DNA of 50,629 bases, from assembly GCF_001194135.2 (NCBI RefSeq), contig NC_068985.1, forward strand, positions 25,159,548 through 25,210,176, given 5' to 3'. The position numbers and the translations under genes are program-made. The notes under the pieces are model-generated. The model saw nothing but the letters and a program-made list of their open reading frames with translations, ran no database searches and had not been told where the DNA came from. Source of the stretch: Octopus bimaculoides. Taxonomy: Eukaryota. This document shows positions 1-14,100 of the stretch, one piece after another; position 1 is the stretch's first letter, and every line of letters starts with the position of its first letter.

Positions 1-147
1 GTTCTGTGTATGGTTTTAGGTAAAGTTCTGTGTATGGTTTTAGGTAAAGTTCTGTGTATGGTTTTAGGTAAAGTTCTGTGTATGGTTTTAGGTAAAGTTC
101 TGTGTATGGTTTTAGGTAAAGTTCTGTGTATGGTTTTAGGTAAAGTT
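1..147. repeat. 24-bp minisatellite, 6 copies (gttctgtgtatggttttaggtaaa), cut by the window edge
   Basis: Perfect tandem units; gives the spurious (MVLGKVLC)n ORF. Confidence 0.95.
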
Positions 148-226
148 GGTAAAGTTGTATATATAAAAATACAATTTAACATTAAGCTGAAGAATCACTT
201 AATACTTTTAACACTTTATAGTAGAG

Positions 227-276
<50 letters not shown>

Positions 277-492
277 GTTTAACGTCCACTTTCCATGCTA
301 GTATGGGTTGGACGATTTGACTGAGGACTGGTAGACCAGATGGCTACACCAGGCTCCAATCTGATTTAGCAGTTTCTACAGCTGGATGCCCTTCCTAATG
401 TTGTAGAAACTCTGCCAAATCAGATTGGAGCCTGGTGTAGCCATCTGGTTCACCAGTCCTCAGTCAAATCGTCCAACCTATGCTAGCATGGA
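227..492. mobile_element. RTE-type 3'-tail repeat with (CAT)n tail, folded back on itself
   Basis: (cat)n-gtttaacgtccactttccatgctag motif seen many times in the window; arms 292-380 and 402-492 are inverted copies. Confidence 0.8.
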
Positions 493-911
493 GTACATTT
501 ATTATTTACTAACTTAAAAGCCACGCACCATGTGAACTTTTAAGCTAGCTCCTGCAGACAGCTAATTGGACCTACAGCCGAAAACTAAAGAAAGCTAAAT
601 AGCATGACTATAATACATCTATAATGACTATATACCCCGGTGGTGTTTGATCAGAGATTAACGATGGGGGCGAATTAATTCTGTAATGCAATTATTCTAT
701 TGTTCCAGTCTCAAGTTGAATTCCAACTGTTGGCCAATCTGTCCTGAAGTTCTTATCTCAATCTAAAATTATAGATTAATTTTTATGAGATAAAGGTGGG
801 CAGTGACTTCGAAATTTTGGCTTACTAGCCACCAGTTGACTGTCTGATGTAGAGGACTAGTAAGCTGAAACTATGAAGCTACTATCAACTTTTCCTTCTA
901 GAAATTAATGC

Positions 912-1077
<166 letters not shown>

Positions 1078-1131
1078 ACTCCGCTATGTCAAGATGGACT
1101 TATATATTCTTCCTCACATTTGGATTTTTAT
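1078..1131 (+). CDS. Otoancorin-like candidate exon (TPLCQDGLIYSSSHLDFY)
   Basis: catag|ACT...TAT|gtatgc, 54 nt, phase 0-0. The acceptor is weak and sits after a TA microsatellite. Confidence 0.45.
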
Positions 1132-4112
1132 GTATGCTCTCTCCCACTTGGATTTGATATGTTGCCACATTTATAATATGTCTTTTTTCTGCATTTTCGT
1201 GCAGCTGAAGATTGCTCTTCACATTGCATTTAAGGTAATGCTTGCATTACTTAAATAAATTGAAGTAGCATGAAACGTGCGTACTGCAATCACTTTTGAA
1301 ATCCGTGTTGCTTATTGTTTGATTTTAANNNNNNNNNNATATATATAGGAAGACCTGGGATGAGGTGGTGAAGCAAAACCTTCAAACATTTGGCCTCACG
1401 GAGGCGAGGACAAGTGACCAAGACCTTTGGAGATATGCTGTGCTTGAGAAGACCTGGCAAGCCAAGTGATACTGTAACTGGCCTATTCCAGTGCAGCATA
1501 ATCAGCCCATTGAAGAGTACCCTTCAATCATTGGGCAATAAACTGCGCTTGCAAAGACCTGTTGAGTCAAGTTAAGTCATTGTCATGGCCGATGACAGTA
1601 CTGCTTCTTAACAAATTTCTGAGTTAGGATGTCCCTAAATCTCTGACCATCATACACATTATATATATATATACATACATACACACATATACATACATAC
1701 AAGGGGGTGCTGAAAAGTTCCTAACTTTGAGTAAAAGAAAATATACGAGGATCAGTTAATTATGTGGAGGTGCATGGCTTAGTGGTTAAGGTGTTAGATT
1801 CAAGGATGTTAAATTGTGGTTTCAATCTCTGGACCGGACAGCACATTGTGTTCTTGAGCAAAACACTTCATTTCATGTTGCTCCAATCTACTCAGCTAAC
1901 TAAAAGGGGTAATCCTGCAATGGACCAGCATCCCATTCAGGTGGGGAATATATATGCCATGGAAACCAGGAAAACAGCCCTTGTTAGTGTACATGACTCA
2001 GGAAGGAATTTTGCTTGCTACAGGTAGTTATGATTTTATTCAACATATTCCCCTCTCAGATTCACACACTTATTGCAAAAGTCTTTCAGTTTTTCAGAAG
2101 GTTAGGTGTCCAACTAGGCCTTTCCCAGAACCCTTAAAACCAGGAAATTTCCAGGAGCCATCATATATACAAATTTACATTTGTTTGAAGCTAAAGCCTC
2201 ACAGTTTCACATTTTCTTATTTACTTTACCTATGTAATGTTTTTAAGGGATATGTAACCATCTGTAAGTTCATTTATTCATTGGCATTCTTCTTCAGAAT
2301 AAGAATAAAAAAGATTTCATCAAATTAGTACCACCAGGATTAATTAAAAAATCAGGAATGATGGTTATTAAAGAAATGTTTAATGAAGACACCAAACCTG
2401 AATTAATTCAGCTCTTCAAACCAAAGACTGAAACAGAGACAGTCACAAGAGCAACAAAGAAAGCAGAAAAAAAGAAAGTGTCTTTAGCAGAATTGGGGCT
2501 TGTAGACAAGGTATGTAAATACAACTTTATTTTCTAATTTATTGATATAATCTTTTAGCCATTTTAGCCATTAGTCTGCAGCCGTACTGTGTCACTCTTA
2601 ATTTCTATTAGATTATATTGATTATGGTATCCACCTGGCCCTTATTTTACGATCTTGTGGGGAATGAAAAGCATATCTTCCCTTTGGTATAAAGAGATGC
2701 AATTTGGCAGTGGGACAATAATGCAAGTGGTTAGGGTATTCAGCTCACAATCATAAGGTTATGAGTTCAATTCCCAGTGGCATGTTGTGTCTTTAAGTAA
2801 GATACTTTATTTCACATTGCTCTAGTTATCACTTGGCTGGCAAAAATGTGTTGTACTTGTAATTTAAAGGGCCAGCCTTGTTACATTCTGTGTCACGCTG
2901 TATCTCCCAGAGAACTATGTTAAGAATATGCATGTCTGTGGAGTGCTCAGCCACTTGCACATAACTATCATGAGCAGGCTGTTCCATTGATTGGGTTAAC
3001 TGGAACCCTTGACATCGTAACCAACTCTTCTTTATCTTTTTAATTGCAAGTAAATAATGGGTTACGAGCAAAAACAACATGCTGTCATTTAGTTCTTAAT
3101 GAAGGACAGGTTCTGGTAGCCCAACATCACAGAGTACTCTAAAAAATATGTTACTTGCATGCATTTAGAGTTAAGGCCAGTGACTAACACTGGCCAAATC
3201 AGTTCAGTGTACCTCACATTTAATGATGATTATAGTTTTCCTTTTTGGTAAAACATTGCAAACTGCACTCTGCATTAATTTTATATATGTGTGTGTGCGT
3301 GTGTATATTTATGTGTGTGTGTGTTTGTGTGTATGTGTGTATATATAGGCACAGGAGTGGCTGTGTGGATAGGTGCAGGAGTGGCTGTGTGGTAAGTAGC
3401 TTGCTTACCAGCCACATGGTTCTGGGTTCAGTCCCACTGTGTGGCACCTTGGGTAAGTGTCTTCTACTATCGCCTCGGGCCGACCAAAGCCTTGTGAGTG
3501 GATTTGGTAGACGGAAACTGAAAGAAGCCCATCGTATATATGTATATATATATGTNNNNNNNNNNNNNNNNNNNNNNNNNNNNNNNNNNNNNNNNNNNNN
3601 NNNNNNNNNNNNNNNNNNNNNNNNNNNNNNNNNNNNNNNNNNNNNNNNNNNNNNNNNNNNNNNNNNNNNNNNNNNNNNNNNNNNNNNNNNNNNNNNNNNN
3701 NNNNNNNNNNNNNNNNNNNNNNNNNNNNNNNNNNNNNNNNNNNNNNNNNNNNNNNNNNNNNNNNNNNNNNNNNNNNNNNNNNNNNNNNNNNNNNNNNNNN
3801 NNNNNNNNNNNNNNNNNNNNNNNNNNNNNNNNNNNNNNNNNNNNNNNNNNNNNNNNNNNNNNNNNNNNNNNNNNNNNNNNNNNNNNNNNNNNNNNNNNNN
3901 NNNNNNNNNNNNNNNNNNNNNNNNNNNNNNNNNNNNNNNNNNNNNNNNNNNNNNNNNNNNNNNNNNNNNNNNNNNNNNNNNNNNNNNNNNNNNNNNNNNN
4001 NNNNNNNNNNNNNNNNNNNNNNNNNNNNNNNNNNNNNNNNNNNNNNNNNNNNNNNNNNNNNNNNNNNNNNNNNNNNNNNNNNNNNNNNNNNNNNNNNNNN
4101 NNNNNNNNNNNN

Positions 4113-4146
<34 letters not shown>

Positions 4147-4629
4147 ATAAGGCTAGAGCTGGAAACAATGATCTCCCTTACAAATACTAATTGGACACAG
4201 ACTATGTTTCGCTGGCCAGCCGGAAGAAATGTCTTCCTGAAGCTAAAAACAACAGTAACACCATCCTCTATAGAACCGCTATGTTTAGTTGGCAGATATA
4301 TTTTGCAATTCCGTACTCGCTCAGAGATTTAATATCACTTATCTCTTTCTTTACGAGATCAGCGACAGTATGTTGCTAGAAAAAGGATATAGTATTTTGC
4401 AAGTGGAATGAGTTCTTCATCACTAGCCAATGATTAACACACACTGAAGATGGGTGACCACCCAGAAGCCCAGGTCTGTGTGTATCACATAAGGCTAGAG
4501 ATGTGGGCAATGACCCCCCTTGCAAAGACTGATCAGATGCAGACAGTGTATAAGTGGTGACTGGACCGGCTAGTTTATCCTGGCATCAAGTCATATTAGT
4601 TGACACTATTTGGTTTGACTTTATTATTG

Positions 4630-4663
<34 letters not shown>

Positions 4664-7600
4664 CTTTTATAAGGAATATTCTAAAAGAATATATAACTGA
4701 ACTTATATTGAGTGCTCTATTATTTTGAGCAAATATATATATATATGTATTTTTATATTATTAATAAATTCATAAAATTAACAATAATATTTGTAGGAAA
4801 TCAATATTTAATATTTCGAAAGATATATATCCGATATGACATGGTAAAATAATAAATTTAAAATTTAAAACATACGAAATATAAATATAAATATATGAAT
4901 GTAGATAAAGATACATGTGAATATAAATGCATATAAAAATTTATGCGTAATTAAGTATGAATATTATAAAGTCTAAAATTTTAAAAAATCTAAAATTTAA
5001 AGAATTAAACATCTATAATANNNNNNNNNNNNNNNNNNNNNNNNNNNNNNNNNNNNNNNNNNNNNNNNNNNNNNNNNNNNNNNNNNNNNNNNNNNNNNNN
5101 NNNNNNNNNNNNNNNNNNNNNNNNNNNNNNNNNNNNNNNNNNNNNNNNNNNNNNNNNNNNNNNNNNNNNNNNNNNNNNNNNNNNNNNNNNNNNNNNNNNN
5201 NNNNNNNNNNNNNNNNNNNNNNNNNNNNNNNNNNNNNNNNNNNNNNNNNNNNNNNNNNNNNNNNNNNNNNNNNNNNNNNNNNNNNNNNNNNNNNNNNNNN
5301 NNNNNNNNNNNNNNNNNNNNNNNNNNNNNNNNNNNNNNNNNNNNNNTATATATATATATATGTATATATATACACACACACACAAAATATATTTTCCTTT
5401 CCAGGTAATGGCAGATGAACCTGATGACAGCACAATGAACTTGGTCCTCCGTTCATCCCTCCTTGCTGTGATACCAGTAACGCAGCTTGATAAATTATCA
5501 GAAGATGTATTGTGTAACAAAGACATTGCAATAAGTGAATTAAAGCTGGATCAGGTAGGAATTTTATTCTTTGAGCCTATTTTGTTTCACTTTATTCATC
5601 TTTCAAAAATGATTTACCTGAATTTTGTATGTGTATATGAACACACAAGAGGCCAGTTACTGCAGTATTTGCCCTGGGATAATACTTTTTATGCACTTGC
5701 TATGTTAAAAACACAATAAATATCACAGAGGGATGAATATTCTAAATTGCCTTTATATTGCCAGCTACTCAACCATGAAAGAGGTATAGAATTGATTGTC
5801 AACTAAGCAAATTGAGAGAGTTGTTTGTTGCTAACGATCCACTGAGCAAACTCTTTGATATTTTCTGCTGAAATATTGGAGACAGGAGAACATTATTCAA
5901 TGTATTTTTTCGTTTTTTTAAAAATTTTTTTCTTTAAATAAGATTGCAGGATATAGCTTGAAGCAAATATTGCTGCTATTTCTAGGTGACTAAGGATCTA
6001 AGTTAATTGAAGTAAAGAGGGTGTTTGTTGCTTAATCCCAGGTCACAAAGCACTGCTAGAGAAGAAATTCTTCCTTTTGTTTACATTACTGAATGACTTC
6101 GTGTTACATTCTTTTCATTGAATTTATGTGATATAGTACAAAGATAGTTTCCTATTGCCTTTCCTTGTTTTTTTTTTTAATCATAACAGCAGAGTACCAT
6201 CATCATCATCATCATCATCATCATCGTCATCATCAGAATCATCACCGTTTAATGTTCATTTTCCATGTTGGCATGGGTTAAACAATTTGATGGGAGCTGA
6301 CCAACCAGGTTGCTACCCAGACTCCAACTGTCTGTTGTGGCATTTTTCTATGGCTAGATGTGCTTCCTAGGACACCTAACAAGGCAGCGAGCTGGCAGAA
6401 ACGTTAGCACGCCGAACGAAATGCTTAGCGGTATTTCGTCTGCCGCTACATTCTGAGTTCAAATTTCGCTGAGGTCGACTTTGCTTTCATCCTTTTGAGG
6501 GTCGATTGAAAAAGTACCAGTTATGCACTGGGGTTGATATAATCGACTTAATCCGTTTGTCTGTCCTTGTTTGTCCCCTCTGTGTGTAGCCCCTTGTGGG
6601 CAGTAAAGAAATTAGATGTCCTTCCTAATACCAGCCACTTTACAGAATGTGCTGGCTGCTTTTTAAATGCCACTGGCATGGGTGCATTTAGGCAGCAGAA
6701 GTATAAGTGAATTTTAAGTGGCACTGGCACCCATAAAGGGCAAGCCTATTGCTTTCAGAATTTTAGAAAAAGCCAGAAAGAAATGCTATAAAACATTTTA
6801 TCGAATGCTCCAACAATTCTGTCATTCTACTACATGACTTGGACTCGTACTTTACTTCATCAACCCCAGAAGGATGAAAAACAAAGTTGACCTCAGCAGG
6901 ATTTGGACTCAAAACCTTTATGTTCTGGATCAGAACAAATGTTAAAACAATTCTGCCAGTCTACAAACTTCAATGGGTACTTTACTTTATCAGCTTCAGA
7001 AGAATGAACGAAAAAAATTGGCCTCCATGGAATTTGAACTCAGAACATAAATGCCACAAGGCAACTATTCTGTCAATTAACCACCTTAGAACAGATATAT
7101 GTATGATCAAAGGACATTCCGGTCATGGCTATTTCATCTTATTTTCTGGAATAATGCCACCCAGATAATAATATCCCATGTGTCCTTTTATAGCAGCAGG
7201 GTACTGAGAAAGGTTTGACAGCTATTTCTAGCAGGTTGTGCAACAATGTAAAGTCTCTTTCGTTGGTTCACAGAGAAAACAGTCATTTGCTTTGCTTAGG
7301 TTTAAGAATCTTGATCATGGGGTCAGTAGTCAGGTTCCTTAATCTCTTTAGTGATTAATAAGCAGAGTCATTAGTGCATTGGTTGAAATACCATACAATA
7401 TTTATTCTGATCTCTTACGTTCAACCAGGACTTATGATAAGACTCAACATTTATGTTACCATATTTCTGCTGAAATACACTACCTTGGTTCCAATTAATT
7501 CCAAAAATAATGAAGAATTTAATAAACAGACTTTGCCATTATTAAGATGATGTTTAGAAAATTAATTGTGAAAATTTGATAAGTAGTTTAAATGTAGATG

Positions 7601-10600
7601 ACTTTAACCCTTTTGCATTTAAACTGGCTATGTCTGACCCAAATATTCTACCTGTTTTATGATCAAAATAGTCAGATCTGACCTCTCACACCTACTTGAC
7701 AATGTCATTCTTAAAATAAGCAATCACTTTATCAAAATCTCAAAGCTCTGATACAATGCATGGTTAGTTCAAAACTCCCTCTCTCAATCATACTCTATCT
7801 CAATGGGGCTGGGGTCATCCTAGGCTAGTAATCCAGGAGATGTCATAGTGTGTAAACCCTCATCGCTGGTGATCCAAAGCCAGCCTTTCCACATCCTTCA
7901 AAATGATGTTGAACCTCAGAAGATCTTCTTTAATTACGTCCAGCCAGGGTAGTCTGAATGCTAAATTGTTAAAACATGAAGTTTGTATCAGAGAAACATA
8001 GGCAGCCTCAGGTAGGCTGGTATCAAAAGGATTCATCCATCACTCAGAATAAGACCGCCACCAAATTTTTGAGTGCATTTGGCAGAATCTATTCTGTTGT
8101 CAGGGTTTCAGTTTCAGGCCAGGATTCCAGTTTCAGGATGCCTTCCTGTCTCTCCACTTCCCTTTCTTTCTCTCCAGCACCTTCCCTTCCACCTGTCTCA
8201 GAGACTCTGCAAAGGATTATGTTATCAGCAATTCTTATCCCTCTTGACTAAGCAATTAAGAAAAAAAGATAAATGACCATTCAATCTTTTATCTTTTACT
8301 TGTTCCTGTCATTGATCTGTGGCCATGCTGGGGCACTGCCTTGACAGATTTTCATAAACAAATTAACCCCAGTGCTTATTTTCAAGTCTGCTACTTATTC
8401 TGTCAACTTCTGTTGCTTAGGGATGTAAACAAATTAACAATGGTGTATGAATGTATATATACACATGTGTGTGATGGGCTTTCACACAGCTTTTGTTTAC
8501 CAAATTCACTCACAAGACGCTGGTCGACCATTTAAATAAACACTAACCTTTAAAAAATATCTTTCTCTCAAAACATTGTGTTCAATTTTTGTATGGCAGG
8601 CTCTGGCAATGAGTAAGAAGTGTTCCTCAATGGTAAAAGAGGTTCTCAAGACAGATCCAGATAAACTGGGTATCCTCACAACAAAAGTGACAAAAGAAAT
8701 GCTCAACGAGTTAGATGCAGACAAAACTTCTGAAGTGGTACAAGAAGCATGTAAATATGAACGTGATCTTAATATTGATGTGGTAAGTAGCTGAATTTAT
8801 TCTAGTATCTTTGAAACATATTTATTGACTTCTCTCATCGTTCTGTGTGTGTAATTGAATAAGAGAGACTGTTGTTGCTGTTGCCGCTGCTGCTGCTGCT
8901 GATGCTACTGTTTGGTTTTTAGCTCTGGGTCAGACCTGATCAAGCAGGTCTATCCTCAAAGGCATTTCATCTGTGATCATCTCATTTCTTTTCTTTTTAT
9001 TTAGACATAATGTTTGTAGAAACTACGTTATCCAATGTGTCTTTTTCTTTTAAGACTGTTAAGTGTGAATTGAGGGAATTTAACAATTGTTTCTTGCCAG
9101 TCAAACAATTGGTTTAATAAAACTTCCCTCTTCATATGTGTTGTTTGCTAATCACTTTAGCAAGGTTTATCTCTCCCCAAATTATGGACCAAAGCTCAAT
9201 TTACATGGTTGAAGCTAGCAATTTCACAAGAGGGACATACAGCTTTGGAAGTAAATTGGGAAGTTTCTAGGTTCGTATCTTTCTGAAAATGCATTGCTTT
9301 ATTACACATATGTGGCATAGTGGGTAACATACAAAAAGTGTGAGAGGACATTAGTGGATAATGTGCTAGGAGTGACGGAGGGGGTGACATCAGGTAAAAA
9401 AGCAAGTAATTTTAAAGTCCTTTTTTTACTCTTGTAATGGCTAGGAACTGATGGTTGTGATCAAGGAATCCTTGGAAATTCTGTCAACTGGCCAGAGTAT
9501 AGGGTTTATAAGGGTTACTCAATGAGCTCCAGTTGGGCTTTTGAGGAGTTTCCTTTTGGAGTTTTTTGCCAGTAGATACAAGATTCAGTTTCAACCAGGA
9601 ATTAAAATTTGGTCAATGATTTAATCAACCATATATTATCTTACAAAATTAAAATTAATAAAAAAAAAATGGCACAAGCATGATGATGGGTTACTTTGCA
9701 CAGACAGTATATTACTAAAGAAATGCCCTTGATATAAAGGTTAATTTCTCAAGTCATGCAGACTCGTAAGGGCCGGTTTCATGGTTTCAATGACGTATAA
9801 ATTCCCCACCTGGATGGGACACTGGTCTGTCATAGGATTACTCATTTTTGCCAGCTGAGTGGACTGGAGCAACATGAAATGAAGTGTATTGCTCAAGAAC
9901 ACAATGTGTCACCCAGTCCAGGAATTGAAACCACAATCTTATGATCATGAGTCCAACACCCTAACCACTAAACCACATACCTCCACAAATGCCCTTGATA
10001 TCATATTGAATGAACAACTGTAAGTGAGTGTAAAAAGATATAAAACTCAATATTTTGAGTTCTACTATTAACAGTACTTCATTTTTTTTTTCAGGCAAAA
10101 TTATTATTTTCTGTCTTAAAAGAGAAGAAAGTGAATGTAATCAAAGACAGTGATAAAGCTAGCTGCACAATAAAATATGCTATAAAGTGAGTTAATTTTG
10201 GCAAATTATTGATGTCTTAGTGTTTTTAGTGTTTTTTTTTTAATCTTAGGCCTGTTGGAACCAAGTTAGACCTCATCTAGCAGACCTTCTTTCTTTCTTG
10301 CCTTTAACCCTCCAACGCGGAGTATAGGCCGCTTATAATTGAATTCCATGTCGCATGATTTTTCACTTCTGTACTTATACTCTGCCATGAATGTCCCCCT
10401 TTCTCTAGTTCCTTTTGTGTTGATCTACGCCATGAGTTCTTAGGCCTACCTTTCTTTCTTTATCCATCCGGATTCCACTGTAAAGCACTTTTCACTACAT
10501 TTGGTGTGTCTTTTCTAATTGTGCTACCAATCCACTTCCACTATTTCTTAAATATTTGCTCCCTAATCGAAACTTGATTTGTTCTTTGCCATAGCTCCAT

Positions 10601-11079
10601 ATTGCTTATGTGTTCGGGCCATCTGATTTTAAGTATACTACGCAAGCACCTATGATTAAAAAAAAAAAAGTACAATAAGGTCTTTGCTTTGCTGAGAAAG
10701 TTTTAATAAGACTGGAATATGTCTGCATTTACATTTACCATCTGCACTTACTGGAATCATTGAAATAATATTTTTATTACAATATTGTTACATCTGCTTT
10801 GGGATTCTCTCATCATTACTCTAGCAAATGCAAGATTGTCTGTGCATCATTTAGGTCCAAACTGTCACAGGTGGTACAATTCCTCACTATAAACTTTGGC
10901 AATATTTTCTTTTACTTGTTTCAGTCACTGACCACAGGACTTATTCTTTGTAAGCCTAATACTTATTCTGTTGGTATCTTCTGTCAAACCTCTAAGTTAT
11001 GGAGATGTAAACACACCAACATCGGTTGTCAAGCGATGGAGGTGGGAACAAACACAGATACATACACACGAATATATAT

Positions 11080-11165
<86 letters not shown>

Positions 11166-14100
11166 GACATGCTTCTTTCAGTTTCCATCTACCAAATCCA
11201 CTCACTAAGCTTTGGTCGGCCGAGGCTATAGCAGAAGACACTTTTATAGATAAGGTGTAGGTAGGGCAGTGTGGTAAGAAGTTTGCTTCCCAACTACAAG
11301 GTTCCAATTTCAGTCTCACTGTCTGGCACTTTAGACAAGTGTCTTCTACTATAGTCCCAGAATAACCAAAGCCTTGTGAGTGGATTGGTAGACAGAAACT
11401 AAAAATAAAGCCTGTCACATATAAATATATATGTGTGTGTGTATGTGTGTTTGTGAGAAAGAGAAAGATGGTGATGATGTTGATAGGAAATACAGCATTG
11501 ATACAGATCTTGAATAGTATATAGTGGTAGCACTGTAATTAGCAAAGCCTTTTATTGTTTTCAATGCTGAAGTGAATCCTCCTATTAGGAAATCTTCACC
11601 GAGGGCTGCTATAGCTCTCAACTTCCTTGTACTTGAAAACTAGAATGAATCCATGAATTTAAATACATTTCTGTAAAGACAATAGATGTTTTTCAAAGAG
11701 AAAGAAGATCCTTCTTACTTCTATTTTTAAATTTGCATATTTGTTTGAATTTATTTTCAGTGAAATCAAGGACCTTGATGTGAAATCTGATTTAGAAGTT
11801 GCTAAAAGTGTGTGCAAAAATCTTGGAAATAGCATGAATGAAAAAATGTCTGAAGAATCTGGAAAAATATTCAGAAACTTATGTTTTGAAGTAAGATAAG
11901 TGTTTGAATTATATACACTACAAAAAACAGCTTTTTAAAGAATAAAAAGTTTTGAATGGTACAACAATGCACTATAATGCAAAAAATGGACTATATACCT
12001 GTTGTAATTTAGTTATCCATAGTTCGATGATATTTCAGAATACAATTCCTTCTTTTTTTTTTTTTTTTGCAGTTAGTTTCAAAACTAATAAAGAATATAA
12101 CAAAATAACTTTTTCCTTATTAAGATGATTTTAAGAACATAAATGAATATGAAATTTTAGTAGAAAGTTTTAATTTAAAACACTTTAAAACAGAGTTTTG
12201 TACTTTAGAACCAGAGGAGTCTAAGTGGGTGGTATCAAAAAGGTTAAATTCCTATCTAGGAATAATCCACTAAACATTGTGATATTTGATGATTCCAATA
12301 TTCTTCCAATAATGTTATGAAATAAACATTTACACTGTTTAGTAATTGTGGGGATGAGGTGAATGGAAGGAAAGGGTCAGTAACATCAGTGGCTGAGGGA
12401 CCCTACTGGAAGAGGAAGAGTAAGTGATGACATGGTTGGAAGTAGGACTGGTGTGGGCCTCTTTCACCTCAGGCAGCCATAGTGGATGGATATGAGTAGA
12501 CATGCAAGCTAGAAAGGGCATTAGCAGTAGGTTCTAGCAGTAGGTCAGGCAAGTAGGGCAGATCTCAGATTTAATCCAGTTGAACAGCTGACACTGAGAG
12601 GTAGATGAACTGTATTTTGTTCCTCACATTACAGTTCCATTGCACTATAGTAATAATATTTTGTTATAATGATTATTACAAGGTTTATTCTTCATGTATT
12701 CATTATAAATATTTTTTTTTTCTTTTTTGTTTTTAGTTAGTAGTGGATAAAGAATTAAGTTTTGAAGAATTTGGAAATTTAATTAATTTCCTTGATGTGT
12801 CCGATATTAAAAAATTAGATGATGAACAACTTCTAGAAGCAGCACAGATTTTGTCACAAAGTGTACAAGACAAACCTGTTTTTGAAGAAATCAGCAACAG
12901 ACTTAAAAAGATCGACAGGTAAAAAACAAAAAAATGTTTTTGCATTTTGATTTGACAAGTCTTTGAAATAAAGCAAAATTGTTTGATGATTTATTTAGTG
13001 GTGGAATATGGTTGTGGTGGTGGTTTGGGTAGCGATGATAAGAATGGCGATTTGGGTAATGGAACACAGTTGTGATTGAGAAAGAAATAACGATTGAAGA
13101 GATGTTAGGAGTGAGACATGATAGTGGTGATGATTGTGGTGGTGGTGGTGGTGGTGGCGGCAGCGGTGGTAATGGAAAGGATAGATATTATGATGACGGT
13201 TAGGATACTGATGACTTGTAATGATGTTCTGTAGTAATGTTATTATTACATGTTCCTTATATTTAACAGCCTCAGCAATCCTGTCACTCTGACTACAGAT
13301 AATATCACTCTAAGCAGCATCTTTATTGCAGGTCGGGATGACATTGATAAGATACCAAAGGTAAGTGTTCAGTAATTATAAGGTTAAAAATTCATAGTCT
13401 TTCTGGGTGGTAGTTGATGTTGTTATTGTTTAGCCTCCTATTGACTTTAGTCATGCAAATGTATTTTGAAAGATATTCAAACTATGGCATTTTACGTAGA
13501 GTAATTTTTTTCCCATTCTTCCCTGAATAACAAAGAGACCAACCACCAAAAGACATTAATAAAGTTGTCATGAGTGGCTGTGTGGTAAGTAGCTTGCTTC
13601 CCAACCACATGGTTCGGGGTTCAGTCCCACTGCGTGGCACCTTGGGCAAGTGTCTTCTACTATAGCCTCGGGCCGACCAAAGCCTTGTGAGTGGATTTGG
13701 TACACGGAAACTGAAAGAAGCCTGTCGTTATATGTGTGTGTGTATGTTTGTGTGTCTGTGTTTGTCCCCCCAACATCGCTTGACAACCGATGCTGGGGTG
13801 TTTACATCCCCGTAACTTAGCGGTTCGGCAAAATAGACTGATAGAATAAGTCCTACGCTTACAAAGAATAAGTCCTGGGGTTGATTTGTTTGACTAAAGG
13901 CGGTGCTCCAGCATGGCCACAGTCAAATGACTGAAACAAGTAAAAGAGTAAAAGAGTATTTGTAAATCCTAGAGCAATGATCTACTATGGTTTCTCTATA
14001 AGGATAGAATCACTTTTAACAATACCATTTTGGTGTTATCCTTCTGAATCAAAAGAATTGATAGTTGATACATTGAGTCCTTAAAAGACACTTTGCTTAC

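Noticed and set aside
1-147. Tandem repeats here and at 43941-44050 as CRISPR arrays
   Set aside because: No unique spacers, no cas genes, and a eukaryotic context
10-282. ORFs with CVCV, YIYI, HTHT, IIII or X-run content throughout the ORF track
   Set aside because: They are translations of microsatellites, SINE bodies and N-gaps
1086-1157. Signal-peptide-like frame MSRWTYIFFLTFGFL as the start of the otoancorin-like gene
   Set aside because: Splicing from the gtatgc donor in this frame hits stops in both following exons; only the TPLCQDG frame joins cleanly
13015-13240. GGT-rich tract as a Gly-rich/RGG coding segment
   Set aside because: Intronic low-complexity sequence with stops and no splice sites; it is on the wrong strand and in the wrong gene for a nucleolin GAR exon
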